A stretch of 64,000 nt of DNA from Bilabrum cf. latius (taxonomy: Eukaryota). The DNA lies in NCBI GenBank assembly GCA_965178125.1, contig OZ237752.1, positions 558,001 to 622,000 of the forward strand, written 5' to 3'. This document shows, piece after piece, positions 1-12,375 of the stretch (positions within the stretch are counted from its first letter, which is position 1; each line of letters starts with the position of its first letter). The notes beneath the pieces were generated by a model, which searched no databases, had not been told where the DNA came from, and saw only the letters and a program-made list of their open reading frames with translations. The translations under genes were made by a program, and so were the position numbers.

Positions 1-1414
1 GCGCCTGGTCGCCGCCCACCCTCCCCGCCAGCTCCTCCTGCATGAGCTGGAGGGCCAGGGCCTGGCTCTCGTCCTGCTCCCCGCCGGCACCCGCGCCCGC
101 TCCGCCCATCTGCGCCAGCGCCATCTGGTAGGACGCGTGCTGCAGCCGCTGCACCGCCATGCGCTGCTCTTCCTCCATCAGGCGCATGGCCAGCGCCAAG
201 GAGTCCTCCTCACTTGTGTTCCCTGGAGCCTCTTGCTGCGCCCCTTCCTCGTCCTCATCCTCCTGCTGCTCCGGCGCGTCGGCCGCTGCGGCCTGCGATC
301 TCGATGCACTCGTCACACCAGTCGGAGGCACCTCACCGGGGCTAAGTAGCATGGAAGCATCCCTGCTGGTACCGTCTCCCGAAAACATGCCGCCGGCACT
401 CGACATACTGCCGCCGATCCCGCTCACATCCATGCCGCTGTCGTCTCCAACACCGCTCCCGTCTCCCCGCAGTGCAGCCAGCATCGCGCCGGAACCGCCG
501 GGTGCCCTGGACTCGGCCTCACCAGCGGTCTGGTTTTCTGATTCCGAGTCCATAGACATGGACAGGAGCGCCGCCTCGTCGCACCCGTGCTCCGGCGACT
601 TGCTCTCCTCCTCCTGCCCCTCCCAGCGGCGGTGATCCCGGGCACCCCCCCTCCTCCTGCCACTCGCCGCGGCTGACATATCGAGCGCCCGGCGAGGGGC
701 AGGTCCCGATCGTAGCCCCCCAGATCTGCGCGACGAGGACGAGGAGGACCAGCCGCGGCCGCCAGAGGCAGAGGCAGCCGCTGCACCCTAGGACACTCCC
801 GCGCTGCCCTCGTCCTGACGGCGGCGGCGCCTGCGGAACCGCTGCCTGCGCCTTGATGAAGATACTGGTGCCTGTTGCTCTGCTACCTCAGGGCTCTCAC
901 CTGCTGCCTGCGCCGAATCGGGAAGGCCGCGACCCGCCGCCCGCACAGGAGCAGATGCTCCCGCGGCCGGCGTGTCGCCGAACATCAGGCGGGCCCTTGG
1001 CCCCGATGAAGATGGCTCGGCAGAACGTTTCGATTCAATACGAATCGAAGACATATCGCTGCCAGAGCTCATGCGCCGCTGCCCATTGTCGATTGATTCG
1101 CCAGTTGCACCTCGTGCAGGCTCCCGCGGTCGAGTGGCACCCTCATCGAGTTCATCTTCCTCTGCCATCAGTAACGAGGCCATCATAAGACTTGACTAGG
1201 ATACTTTGGGAACGTGCGTGCTAGATTCATCGCTGCTTTCGTTGCGTGCCGTTCCGTCGCCTCGTGCAGCTGCTGGCAATTCCGGCATTCGATCCAGGTC
1301 TTCAATGCGCTTCACGCCGTGTTGAGCGATATCCGGTACCGGATCCTGGTACGCAACTGGATTTGGCCCCAAATCACCGAACAACTGTCTGCAAGCCATG
1401 CTTTCGTTGTTCAT
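1..1414 (-). CDS. Low-complexity protein with two ubiquitin-binding (MIU/UIM-like) helices; 3' end runs off the window
   Basis: One frame from ATG 1414 to the window edge, broken only by TAG at 1196 and 788. It contains SEEDSLALAMRLMEEE and DESQALALQLMQEE. Confidence 0.65.
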
Positions 1415-1561
1415 GGTCTGCGACTGTAGTTCTGGCGCGCGAACGGATTTGAGCGCCTTGTAGCGTGCACTTTGAAGACCAAGTGCGACATAGTGAAGTC
1501 AAGTGCAACACTGCTGCTTTGGACCCAGTAGGCTTCGATTTATTCGCTCCAGGCTGCAGCC

Positions 1562-2689
1562 ATGCATGTGCTATCTAGCGTAGTTCTGTTTGGTTTGGGT
1601 GTCTCTGCGTAGTCGCCAAATGGTTCGCCTGCACAGTTGCAGCTTTTGGATCTTACGAAATTCCCACACGCCAAGTGTATGGACGGATCGCCGGGAGGTT
1701 TTTACGTTCAGAAGGCATTGAATGCACCTGATTCAAGCAAATGGACCATCAATTTGCAAGGCGGTGGCGAGTGCACGACAGCGAGACGTTGCATTCCCCA
1801 AATCAACTCCACGCTTGGCTCCTCCAAGAACTGGGCCGAAACTGAGTATCTGGGGTGGTATGGCATCTCAGATAAGTCGCAAAACCCTGATTTGTGGGGA
1901 TGGAACCACGTCAGGGTGGCGTACTGCTCACAGGACCTGTGGACGGGCCAAGGTACCGAAGCGTCCAACGCAACCTTCGGCGCGTACTTTGCCGGCCACC
2001 TGATCCTGGAGGCTGCCCTGAGCACTTTGGAGGCAGACTACGGGCTAGACAAGGCAACAGAAGTCGTTCTGACCGGCGACTCGGCGGGTGGCATCGGCGT
2101 GTGGCCGAACCTGGACTGGGTCGCAGGCAAGTACCCTAACGCTCGCGTGGTAGGCGCACCGGTGGCAGGCTTCTACTTCTTCGCTGACCCGTACACGGGC
2201 CCGGGACACACGAGCAGCGGACTGGCTGACTTCAGGGCTCCCGCATGGCCGCAGCACTACCACCTGTGGAACAGCTTCGTGGACGAGGACTGCGCCAGGG
2301 CGCTTCACGACCGGCCGTGGGACTGCGTGCTGGCCAACAACACCAAGCAGTTCGTGTCAACGCCGGCGTTCATCTCAGAGGCACAGACGGACAAGGTGGT
2401 GCTCACGGGTCACGACTGGATCCCCGAGGACCTGAAGCCCGCGCAGTACGTGAAGCCGTACATGGAGCAGTGGAGGGACAACATGACCCAGGGGACGCAG
2501 GAGAGGGTGCAGCGGGGGGACGGCCTCTTCAACCCTGCTTGCTTCATGCATACCTCCTTTTCCCCCTCCAAGCCGCTGCTGCAGGGACTCAACTTTCTCC
2601 AGGTGTTCGGCAACTGGTACTACGGCAGATCGGGGCCTTCTGTGGTGAGGGACTCATGCGGGATCATGTGCAACCCAACCTGTCCGTGA
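1562..2689 (+). CDS. Secreted pectin acetylesterase / Notum-family carboxylesterase (375 aa)
   Basis: Motifs AKCMDGSPGGFY, LQGGGEC, WNHVRVAYCSQD, GDSAGG (nucleophile elbow) and ACFMH. The signal peptide MHVLSSVVLFGLGVSA is joined to the mature protein through TAG 1610-1612. Ends TGA. Confidence 0.9.
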
Positions 2690-2830
2690 TGGTGACTTGG
2701 GGGACGTTTGATTTGAGTCTGCAGAGTTACGAGGTCCCCAATCGCTCTGTGAAACCAAGACACTGAATTGCCCGCCCCTGCGCATTGACTCTGCGTCCAA
2801 GGCGCACTGGGCGTCAGCCCTTCCCTTCTA

Positions 2831-5405
2831 TCACGGGTTGGAGGAACCCATGGATCCGCTCGCAAGCAGCCGTACCGCCAGGTCAGACGTGGCCGACTCG
2901 GACCCCTTCATAGTACCGCCCGCACTTGATGATGACCCGCCCTGGGACCCACTCTGACTGGCCTGCTGCGTGCTTGCAGGCACGTCCACTCCTGCCGACA
3001 GCCCTGCGCTGCCCATGCCCAGGCCACTCCCAGCACCACCACCTGCAGCAGAAGTCTGAGCCGTTGGCTACGAGGAGGCAGGAATCGGCCGGCCCAGCAT
3101 GCCCGTGTCGACCGGCTGGGGCGTGGTGTCGCCGAGGGCCCCTCCGTCCTCTGAGTCTCCCGTCAGCCGGGGAGTATCTGCAACCGAGGCAGGCACGTGG
3201 CTGTGCATCGGGCCTGTGCTGCTGGCGGAAGTGGAGCCCGTGGTAACAGACCCGGGGACGCTGCTAGGCGCGCTGCTGTGGTTCCCCGACCCGACAGAAT
3301 CGGCTCCGAATCCGATGCCTGCCGCCGAAGAGGAGGAGGAGGGCGGCAGCTGGGGCACTCGCACGTTGGGGTGCTGCGGCTGCTGCTGCTGCTGCTGCTG
3401 GTGGCTGAAGGCCCCAGCATGACTGGATGCGTGATGCGTTGATTCGCCTGGCTGCAAACGTTGCTGCTGGGCCGAAAAGAAGCCGCCACCGCCTCCATGC
3501 ACCTGTGGGCCCGGCAGCGGCATCAGCGATGACCCTTGCTGCGCTAAGCTGTGCATCCCAAGGGAAGCAGACAGGGAAGGAGACGTCGATGACTAAACCA
3601 GGGAAGCAGAGGGGGCCATACCAGTGGACCCGTAGGACATGGTCAGCACCTGGCTAGCACCAAGTCCAGGCGCGCCTGCATGGGAGGATGGCCCCACCAT
3701 GGGCACTGACACAGCCGCAGACACTCCGGCGTAGCCTGGCAGCAGCTGGCCCTGGCCCTGGCCCTGACCGTGCCACTAGACCAAGTCCTGGTTGTGGCTA
3801 TGCCGCATCCCATTCGAGGGAATATCCAGCATCATGGCACCTCCCTGGTGCAGCCCGCTGTTGCTAGCAATGGCAGGCGCCAGGGACGGGTGACCATGCC
3901 CTTGATCGAGGCCATGCCGGTGCCCATGTCCGTGACCGTGCCTGTGGTGCCCATGCCCATGCCCATGCCCATGCCCCGCGCCCGCGCTGCTGGGCGCAGT
4001 CGAGGAGGCAGTCCCTCCCATGGCAGCGTCTGCCTGCACCCCTTCGGACTGCTCCACCGCCCGAGACAGCATCCGGAGGGTCTCTGCCACGTCGGACCGA
4101 TTACTCGCGGACCTGACCAGCCTCTCCGCCTTCTGCAGCGCAGTAGACTGCATCTCAACGCTCCGCAGCTGTTCCAATAGCTGCTCCCGATCTGCCTGCA
4201 GCTACTGCTGGATCTCACTCAGCCTCATCTGCATGTGCAGCTCCTGCCTCTGCCTGTCCCCCTTGCACCTGTCTCTGGCCTCCGAGCGAAGGTTCTCCAG
4301 CAGCTGCTGAGGGTCCTCTGCGACAGACGGAAGCAGCTGAGTGGAGGCGCCAGAGTGCATGTCACCCCTCCCCCCAGCCCCAGCCCCAGCCCCAGCTCCA
4401 GCCGCGGCCCCGGGCCCCCGTGCCCCGAGGGGCAGCGAGGGCGGGCTTCTCTCTGCACCGGCGGTTGCGACTGTGCTTGCACTTCCGGTTCCAAGTCCGG
4501 CGATGCTAGGGTACTGGCGCAGCCACGATGCAGGGGAGGTCGCGGGGGCGCCACCCGCCGCCTGCTGGGACATGGCGCTGATCTCTTCCAGTCGCTTAGC
4601 CGACTTGGCCTGCGCGTAGGGCACTATGGGCTTGCCCTGCTTTTTGCGGAGGGGCTGCCATAGGCGCTTGCGAGCGTTTGTGAGCCTGTGTAGGTTGGAA
4701 GGATAAGGCATGGAGCGCGCATGCTTGTGCTAGTGGCACGGGCCTGATAGATGGCTGGTGACGGCACATCGAAGTTCTCTCACCAGTTCACCAACTACTT
4801 ATTGGTTATGTTGCACTCCCTCGCTAGCTTATCTTTTTCCTGCACGAGTTAGAAGCTCAGGGGAGTAGGATATCGCTGATCAGTTGGTGATGTGCAAATG
4901 CTGTGCTGCCTGTCACATGCTAGATACCACGAGCAGCGCACTGGTCCTAACGAAACGATGCGAGAACCACAGCAGATCCCATCTAGACTATGTTGTGACA
5001 TTCCCGACCAACTTTTTGCGAAGCGTTTGCAATGTGCCAATGCCACTGGCGGCAGTTGCATGTAAACCATCAAAGCTCCGTCAGCGCACTCACAGCTGGG
5101 GAAGGGTACGGGTGATCGAAGTGTTCTGGAGACAGCAGCCATTTCCTAAGTATCTCTACCGCCCGTGCAGGTAGCTTTTGTCGGGAAGATTCCTAGACCC
5201 GTGTCCGCTTATTTGAGTAAGCCTCGTCGTCCGAGCTATCCACGCTGGATGATCTAGAATTCCTACTAGCCCTTTTTGGCAACCGCTGCGAGGCAATGAA
5301 AATATTAACTAGATTAGAATAAACAAGATTAGACTCGCTTTGCGAAAAGCGATATCGCTTGGTCGATACATTGAGAACACATCGTTGGACTCGACCATCT
5401 GGCAT
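2831..5405 (-). CDS. TALE-class homeodomain transcription factor with long Q/H/G/S-rich C-terminus
   Basis: Spliced homeodomain LPARAVEILRKWLLSPEHFDHPYPSPA|EKDKLARECNITNK[TAG]LVNW|LTNARKRLWQP, with introns 4840-5093 and 4686-4783. About 6 in-frame TAG; ends TGA 2833-2831. The start is either ATG 5405, or ATG 5398 with a 53-nt GC-AG intron at 5286-5338. Confidence 0.9.
4686..4783 (-). other. Spliceosomal intron (phase 2) splitting the homeodomain Trp48 codon
   Basis: GTGAGA donor and ACACAG acceptor. TG|G restores NWLTNARKR. Confidence 0.85.
4840..5093 (-). other. Spliceosomal intron (phase 0) in the TALE homeobox
   Basis: GTGAGT donor, CTAAC branch-like motif and TGCAG acceptor. Removal restores PYPSPAEK. 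Confidence 0.85.
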
Positions 5406-5502
5406 CGGTCAGAGCCGAGTACTCATCGCACCTTTCGCTTGGGCATTGCAAATATGAATACTTGAAAAAAACACAATAATAAAAATCTATACGAAGCAGT
5501 TG

Positions 5503-7659
5503 ATGGTGATAAAGCGGCGTCCTGATGTACTACAGGCACCTGAAGGCAACGTGAGATCAGCGATGTCAAGCGTCCATCATCCGAGCCTGAGGCGGTTGTA
5601 ACCGCTTCGGCAGTTTGGACAACCTGAGGAGGAGCGTTTCACGCACGCCTAGGAAGCACAGGAACACATTCTACTTTGCTTGAGGTGGCTAAGGCCATCG
5701 GCAGGCTGCGGCTTCCAGCCGCTTGGTGTGGCCCTTGGCCCAGAATAAATTACAGCATGGGGATCTTGCCAAGTGACTGGGTAGAGGCTGCCCTCTGGCA
5801 GTGCCACTCAACAAATGCACTGTGAGCTCGATGTCGTGCCCGTGGTTCAGAAGTTAGGAGGAATGGGGGACAGCATGCCTGGCAGTGCATCGGACAGGAC
5901 CGCGGACCGCGGCACCGGTGGACTGTGGAAACCGGAAGAACCGGAGCCAAGTTGCCGTTCAAGTTGCACTTTTTGCTGCCTGCACATGGACCCTGAGTAT
6001 GCGTTCAAGTAGGATGATATTGGTACGTATACACTGGAGCTATTGGACGATGAAAGACGAGAAGAACTGCGGGTTCCTTTCGAAATCGCAGATAGAGGCC
6101 TTCGACAGGTCATTCTTCGTCGATGCAGCAAGCTCCGGAGATTAGAAATTGGGGATAACCAGGTATTGGCTTCTGATTTGATACAGCACATTGTTCTCGA
6201 TGATGTTGCCGTCAATGAAGTTCCTGGATGGCTACTGCGTGACACAAGCTCGCTCACGAGTCTAGTAGTATGCAATTGCTGCATCTCGCGACTGCCCGGG
6301 GATATTACGTTCAATTTTGCCTCTCTTGTTTGCTTACAATTGGACAATACAGGGTTGCGTGCCCTGGCAAGTGACCTGTTCGCGTCTGCACGGAAATTGT
6401 AGGAGGTGTCGCTGCAACGCAACCTGATTCGATCTGTCCCGGACGGCCTTGGAAGGAGCCAAGACAGTCTAGTCCACCTAAATATGTCAGACAATCCGAA
6501 TTTAGAACGCCTGCCTGCTGATGTTGGGCGGCTGAAGCGGCTGCGTTCCTTGCGACTGGACCGTTGCCCGAATGTGCGCAGCCTCCCCGTCGGACTTAGC
6601 GGCTGCGTTGCCCTGCAATCGTTAACGGCGGTAGAGGCCGGGCTGTAGCACGTCCCAGTGGATGATCTCGCTCGCTTGACGAACCTGACGGACCTCGCCC
6701 TCGAGGGCTGCCCCCTCATGATGCACAGGGAGGCAGGGGGGGGGCTGGCGCACATCGTGTCCACTGCTGGCGATGACGTTTCCGCTGCTGGCGGCGCGCT
6801 CCCCGGCAGTAGTGCGGCAAGGGCCACAGCGTTGCACAGCCTAGCTGGGACGGAGACTGGGGCTGGCTCTGAAACAGCTACAGATGCTTCCGCATGGCTG
6901 GACCCCGTCAAGAGCGCAGAGCAGGCTCAGGCATTCGCGCAGACCATGGAACACGATCAGATTAGGGCAGATGGAGCAGCTCCAAGCCTGGCACGGGCGG
7001 GCCAGCTGGGCTTTGTGCTGGGGGAGGGGTCGCTCAGGGGATCCGTGGAGCCTGTGCCGTCCACTACGGGGGTAGTTGGGGGCGTGACCGAGGGGGGTGG
7101 GAAGGGAAGTGTGGTGGGGGGTGCGATCGTGAGAGGAGAGTCGCATATGCCCAGCCTACACGAAGGTGCGGTAGGCATTACAGGCGCCTCACAGTCCACT
7201 CTGGCCGGCACCGTCAGGTGGACAGATCCAAGCACAGATGCCGTGATTGGAGAGGGGCTGGCACACGGTCTGCTGCGTGCCAAGGAGCACCCCGGGGGCG
7301 CTGTGGCGGCGCTGTGGAGTGTGGACTCGGTGCGGAGGGCGGGATTCGGGCTGGATGAGGCGCAGCAGCAGGTGCTGGATGAGAAGAGAAAGAGGGCCTC
7401 TTCGGTTGGGAGCAGACCGTGGGGAGACATTGAGGGCGTTATGGTGGGTGGGACCACCCAGGATAGCCATCATCATGTGAATGGTGATTCCAGCGGTCGT
7501 GCCGTTCCGCAGCAAGGCGCAGACAGCCACTGCCAGTATCACGAGTTGCAGGCTGGGAGTGCGCTGACCGTGGGGAGCGACGTACGGTCTGCTGCAGAGG
7601 CGGTGAAGAGGCTCAGCGGCGGAGGGGAGAAGGGCAGCCTGCGTGCTGGAAGTACGTGA
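5503..7659 (+). CDS. Leucine-rich repeat protein with low-complexity C-terminus; 5' structure uncertain (alternative start 5815)
   Basis: ORFs 5815, 6043, 6406 and 6658 share one frame joined by TAG (6010, 6400, 6646). The LRR consensus runs across a TAG: L[TAG]EVSLQRNLIRSVP. Other repeats include LVHLNMSDNPNLERLP and LRSLRLDRCPNVRSLP. Ends TGA. Segment 5503-5814 holds two in-frame TAA that may be intronic. Confidence 0.8.
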
Positions 7660-7775
7660 GAGGGGCTCATGTGTTCTTGGGGTGGTGGGTGGGCCTTCAT
7701 TTGCGAATGCGTGTGGTGTTATATACTGCATCATCGAACACAAGATACAACGTACTAGATGCGCAATCCAATCAT

Positions 7776-8627
7776 TCAGAAAGGCTTGAAGTGCCTAGCG
7801 TTCTTCATGCGCTGCACCTTGGCCTTGTCCGCCTTGAAGCGGGACCGGACCTCGGAGAGCTGCCTCAGCTGCTGCTCCCTTCGCTTGAACTTGTACAGCG
7901 TGGAGTCGTCCCCGCCTGCCCCCGAGGCCGCCTTGCGTCTCTTCTTGCGAGCTCTGTCGCTCTCCACCAGCCTGCCCTCATCCGCCCGCGCCACCGTGCG
8001 GAACCCCCTGTCATCTGCGGCGCCGCTGATGGCGTCCAGACTCGCCTCCACCTCGGCCTCCCTGGCCTCGTACTTCGACACCTCCTCGTCCACTTCCAGC
8101 TGCAGGCCCGCCTCATCGCTCCGAAAATCCCGCCTGTTTATCCAAGCCTGAATCATTCCGGATGATGACGACGAGGAAGAGGACTAGGAAGAGGACAAGC
8201 CCTGCGCCGCAGCCGATGAGCTCGGCTTGCCGCTGGCCATCTTGCTTTGTGGTGACGACCACAATGCTGCCGCATCCTTTGCGGCTGCTAACTTGAAAAC
8301 TATGCACCGCATCCCTACGTACTGGCTGAGCGCCTCGCCACACTCCTGCAGTTCACCGATGGCTGCTAGAGTCTTCACCAATGCCTCCGGCGCAACGCTT
8401 TCAGGCACAAGCAGAGCAAACTGGCGCTTCGATTTCTTGGATAGCAGCCCATGAATCTCTTCTACCTCTCCGGCGCTCTTCACAGACAGGGCAACAAGTT
8501 TCCAAGGTAGCTTAACCTTAAGGGGCCGCGGTGTCCCGGAAGATTTGCTGCTTTCGGCCGGGACTGAGCTCTGTGTTGCCTAAACTCTGGCCTATTGAGA
8601 CATTTCACTTCTAGATCGTTTCGGCAT
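7776..8627 (-). CDS. RRP7: Ribosomal RNA-processing protein 7 family (283 aa)
   Basis: C-terminal LYKFKRREQQLRQLSEVRSRFKADKAKVQRMKNARHFKPF and DDRGFRTV match the RRP7 domain. ATG 8627, three in-frame TAG, ends TGA. Confidence 0.85.
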
Positions 8628-8848
8628 GGCGAGCGCAATGTGCATGTTCCTCTGGTGCAACTCAGAAAAATTAAGCAGTGTCATTTCAGGCAGAAATACC
8701 AAACTCTCTAAAGGGCAACTGCCTCAACTGCAATGCTACTAGATGTGCTCGTCGGATACTTTCAGCGAGAATGAATTTCAAAAGATCTAAACATCATTGG
8801 TGATGCTAGTCAGATCCAGATAAATCACACTTTCGAACTATTTTTTGA

Positions 8849-10480
8849 ATGTGCTCGCCCTCGGCAGGACGCCTCAAATTTAAGCTACCAGTGTTTGTCC
8901 GCGGCAAAAAGTCATTCGATGAGCAGGATGCCTCTATTGAACCTGCTCAGGTCGATCCCATTATCGATCTTGTGCTTGAAAATAAGTTCGACGAGGCTGT
9001 GTTGCACTTTCAGCAATCGGTGCGCGTTGACCGAGACAAAACAGGCGGTTTCGAAACAAGTGGTAGAATGTAGACTCAAGCCAGACCAGGCAACCATCGC
9101 GCTGCTCGACTGAAACGAGTAGATTCGGATCGGGCATCCGAGCTGCTGGCAATGGTGGACGACGAGGCCCAGCGCGGCGGCGTGGTAGACGGAGTGGCCT
9201 CAAACGCCCCGCAACATTCGAGAACGCATGAGGCCAACTTTGTTGGCTCTGTGAATTCTCTCGAAGCCCATTCCGAGTCGCACACGTCAGCAAAAGAGAC
9301 AGCCGGAGCACTGGGGCTGGCCGCTGATGTTGATGCCGACAGGGCCTCTCAGCGGAGACAAGCCCGATCGAAATCGCGCCTCAAGGCAGCGCATGCATCC
9401 AGTGCACCACATGTGCCCAGGTGTCCTGCAGCACTTCAGACTGCGCAGGGTAGTGCGCCATTGGAGCCCGGGCCTCGCGCAGTTTCGTAGCCCCCCGGCA
9501 AGCCAAAGGCACAGCCACAGACCAGGCACCTGCCCGAGGCGAGGCACATGCCCAATGGCTCTGGGTGGGGTACAGGCCGGCTTGGTCTTAGCCCCGATGC
9601 TGTTGCTGCCAGTTTCTCGCTCGCTACCAGTGCCAAGACGAGCAAGCACACGCACAAGCACAGTCGGCCTGGAGTAGGCAGCAGGTCTGGCCCCACAGCA
9701 GCCAACGGCAACAGCAGTAATGGTAAGAAGCGCCGTAGCACAGGCAAGGCAGTCCAGGGATAGCCCAAAGCGTCCGTTCAGTTTCAGCATCAGCCCCTCG
9801 ATGAGTGGCTCGAGCAGCCTGTAGGATCAAGGGGCCGCGGGAAAGCAGGACGGAAAAGGGGTGCTGAGGGCACCGGGTACAGCAGGGCAGGCATCATGGG
9901 GACATCAGGGGAGCAGTCAAACAAAAGGGGGTATCTACTGCCTAGAAAATAGTCCATGCGTGCTCAATCGCATCGTCATGAACGCAGTAACAGGCACGGG
10001 CTCGCCAGGCCAGAGCTCGGTGCGAGGGGAGACCAGCTGTCCCTGCTGCAGACTGCAGGCGATACCTTCGCACCCCTGGGCTCTGGGGGGCTCGATGGCG
10101 GCCTGGACGACTCTTTGCCTTTAGAAGAAGAGAAGTAGGATGGGGACAATGCAGTCGGTGTGCTGGACCTGTTCGAGGAGGAGCCAGTGGAGCAGGAGGG
10201 GCATGGAGACGAGGGGGCCGCTGGAGAGGGGCCTGCAGGCAGCGGGCGAGCAAGGAATCGGAAGGTTGGCGGGGCGATTGCGAGGCACGGGGAAGCTGGG
10301 GCTAGAGCTGGAGCAGGATCGGGGGCAGGGGCTAGTAGTAGAAGGGCAGGTCCTGCTGTGCTGGCTCGCCGGGAGGTGAACGTCGAGTCTCTGCCTCGGG
10401 TCGGTGGGAAGCGGCCAAGGGGGCGTGGTGGGGAGCGTCAGAGAGGTAGCGGTAAGCGGAGAGCGCTTGAGGGGACATGA
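8849..10480 (+). CDS. Hypothetical protein (543 aa), mostly low complexity
   Basis: ORFs 8849, 9152, 9548, 9956 and 10160 are in one frame separated only by TAG. Ends TGA. Divergent from RRP7. Confidence 0.65.
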
Positions 10481-10644
10481 GTGCGATGGCAGGGAAGCGG
10501 ATGGCGCGCCAGGTGCAAGGTCAGCTTGGTTGCAGGTTTTGGAACACATTTGATTTGTCGGATGATCGCGACTGCTCATCACACTGCCAATGGATCACGA
10601 AGGCAAAGTAGGATCTAGCATCTGAACACAGCTCATCGGCGCCA

Positions 10645-12258
10645 ATGCAATACTCCATACTTGTTCATAATCGTGTTGGTGGCGCCATGCCAATATCTCT
10701 CCAGGAGGACGAGAGAGGTGCGGCACCAGCGGTGGTTGCTAATGCATCGCCGGCGTACCCAGCCGTTCTAGCTGGAGATGCGCTCGTTCGATGCGATGGC
10801 ATCGCGCCATCATCATTTGTTGATGCAGGACATATGCTTCTCGAAGCACACCCATCTACTGAACGGCCAGTTTCAGTAGAGCTGCAGCGGAGACCAGTCA
10901 GGGAGTGTGGCGGGCTCGCCCCACCCGACCATCCGGCCGTAGGATCTAACTGCAGGCGGCTTGGAAAGCTAGCACAAAATGCTGTAGCAGCAAGCAAACG
11001 TAAGACGGAGGCCGGTGCCCGGGCAGAGGCAGCTGGAACTGGAAAGCGCGAGTTGTACAGCAGGCAGGAAGAGGAGGACAAACGGACAGCTCAGCTGGAC
11101 GAAGAGCATTCTCGTGGATTCAAAGAAGATGCCATGCTGTCTGAATTGGCCGCGGACTTGGCCTCCATGCAAAAAATGAAGGAGCGGCTGAAAAAGAAGG
11201 TGCGGGCTCTGGTGAAGAAGCTCAAGCAAGCGGAAGCAACGCACGACAGGTCCTACTTTGCAAGAGCCGGGGCCAGCGCCGAGTTGGAAGCAACACATGT
11301 GGCTCAGGCTGAACTTATGCTGGCGTCCCAGTCGGCGACGCAAACGAGCGCCTCGAGCCGGGAGCAGAATCGCCGAGGTTGGTCGGCCGACACACTCGCC
11401 ACGCTGCGACAGCTCCAGTCGGCGCAGTCCCGGCTGGCGTCAGTCCCGGGCAACGTGTCCCTTGCCGAGGCGGACCTGAAGAAGCACGGGGGCCTCGGCG
11501 CTCTCAAGTCCTTGCTGGGCCTCGAGAAACATGCGGCAGATGCGAGAGGCGGGGCTGGTGCATGCGCAGGTGCTGGGACCCGGGCTGAGGCTGCGCCTGG
11601 GGCTGGCAGTGGATCAGGCGGTGAAATCGCCCCGCCCTCGCTCCCATCGAGCAGCGAGCAAGCTACCGATACTGGCGAAGGTGCATCGCACGGCGGTGCG
11701 TCCACATCACCCAGTGCCATGCTGGCCGGCGAGACGCCGAGCATGAGGCGGGCTGCGAGGGCCGGTCACGCGCTTGTGCTGGCCATGGGGGGCGTGGGTA
11801 GGGCTGGGGATGCTGTACGGGGAGCTGCGAGGGAGGGAAGCAGCTACCTGTGGCCGGCAAGGGGTGCGGGAGTTGGGGGTCCGCAAGAGGAGGGGGGCGC
11901 TGGAGCGGTGCAGTTGCAGGGCATGCGCATAGACATGGGCTTGGACTCGGGTCAGCTGCACGACCACAGCCTTGGGGCGTACAGGGGAGGAGGCCCCGAA
12001 GAGGGAAGAGCGCGACCGGCAGCGAAGAAGTACCTGGATCCGGAATCGTATTCGAGTCCCGTGCGAGCGGACGGCGGTGGCGAGCCCGACCTGGACAAGA
12101 GGGCGCTGCGGGTAGTGGCACAGCTGCTGCTTCAGGGGGAGCAGCTTCAGCGGCTGGCGGCCAGGCAGTCTGTACGGGAGGCATCTGCGGTTGTCGACGA
12201 GCTGGGGAAGCTCCGGGCGGCTCGGTTGGGAGACGGGTCTGCGGGACTCGACTCGTGA
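10645..12258 (+). CDS. Hypothetical protein (537 aa) with PDZ-like N-terminus and coiled coil
   Basis: Uninterrupted ATG-TGA ORF. SPAYPAVLAGDALVRCDG...PVSVELQR resembles a PDZ fold, and LASMQKMKERLKKKVRALVKKLKQ has a heptad pattern. Confidence 0.7.
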   Translation: MQYSILVHNRVGGAMPISLQEDERGAAPAVVANASPAYPAVLAGDALVRCDGIAPSSFVDAGHMLLEAHPSTERPVSVELQRRPVRECGGLAPPDHPAVGSNCRRLGKLAQNAVAASKRKTEAGARAEAAGTGKRELYSRQEEEDKRTAQLDEEHSRGFKEDAMLSELAADLASMQKMKERLKKKVRALVKKLKQAEATHDRSYFARAGASAELEATHVAQAELMLASQSATQTSASSREQNRRGWSADTLATLRQLQSAQSRLASVPGNVSLAEADLKKHGGLGALKSLLGLEKHAADARGGAGACAGAGTRAEAAPGAGSGSGGEIAPPSLPSSSEQATDTGEGASHGGASTSPSAMLAGETPSMRRAARAGHALVLAMGGVGRAGDAVRGAAREGSSYLWPARGAGVGGPQEEGGAGAVQLQGMRIDMGLDSGQLHDHSLGAYRGGGPEEGRARPAAKKYLDPESYSSPVRADGGGEPDLDKRALRVVAQLLLQGEQLQRLAARQSVREASAVVDELGKLRAARLGDGSAGLDS

Positions 12259-12375
12259 CTTCCGGTTTGCCGTAGTGGTCAGCGCGAACGTCATTCGAAT
12301 CAGAGAGAGTTCCCCGGTTCAACTGCTGGCTCTGCAGACAACGAAACGGCACTATATCCGCGGAGGAGATATTAT

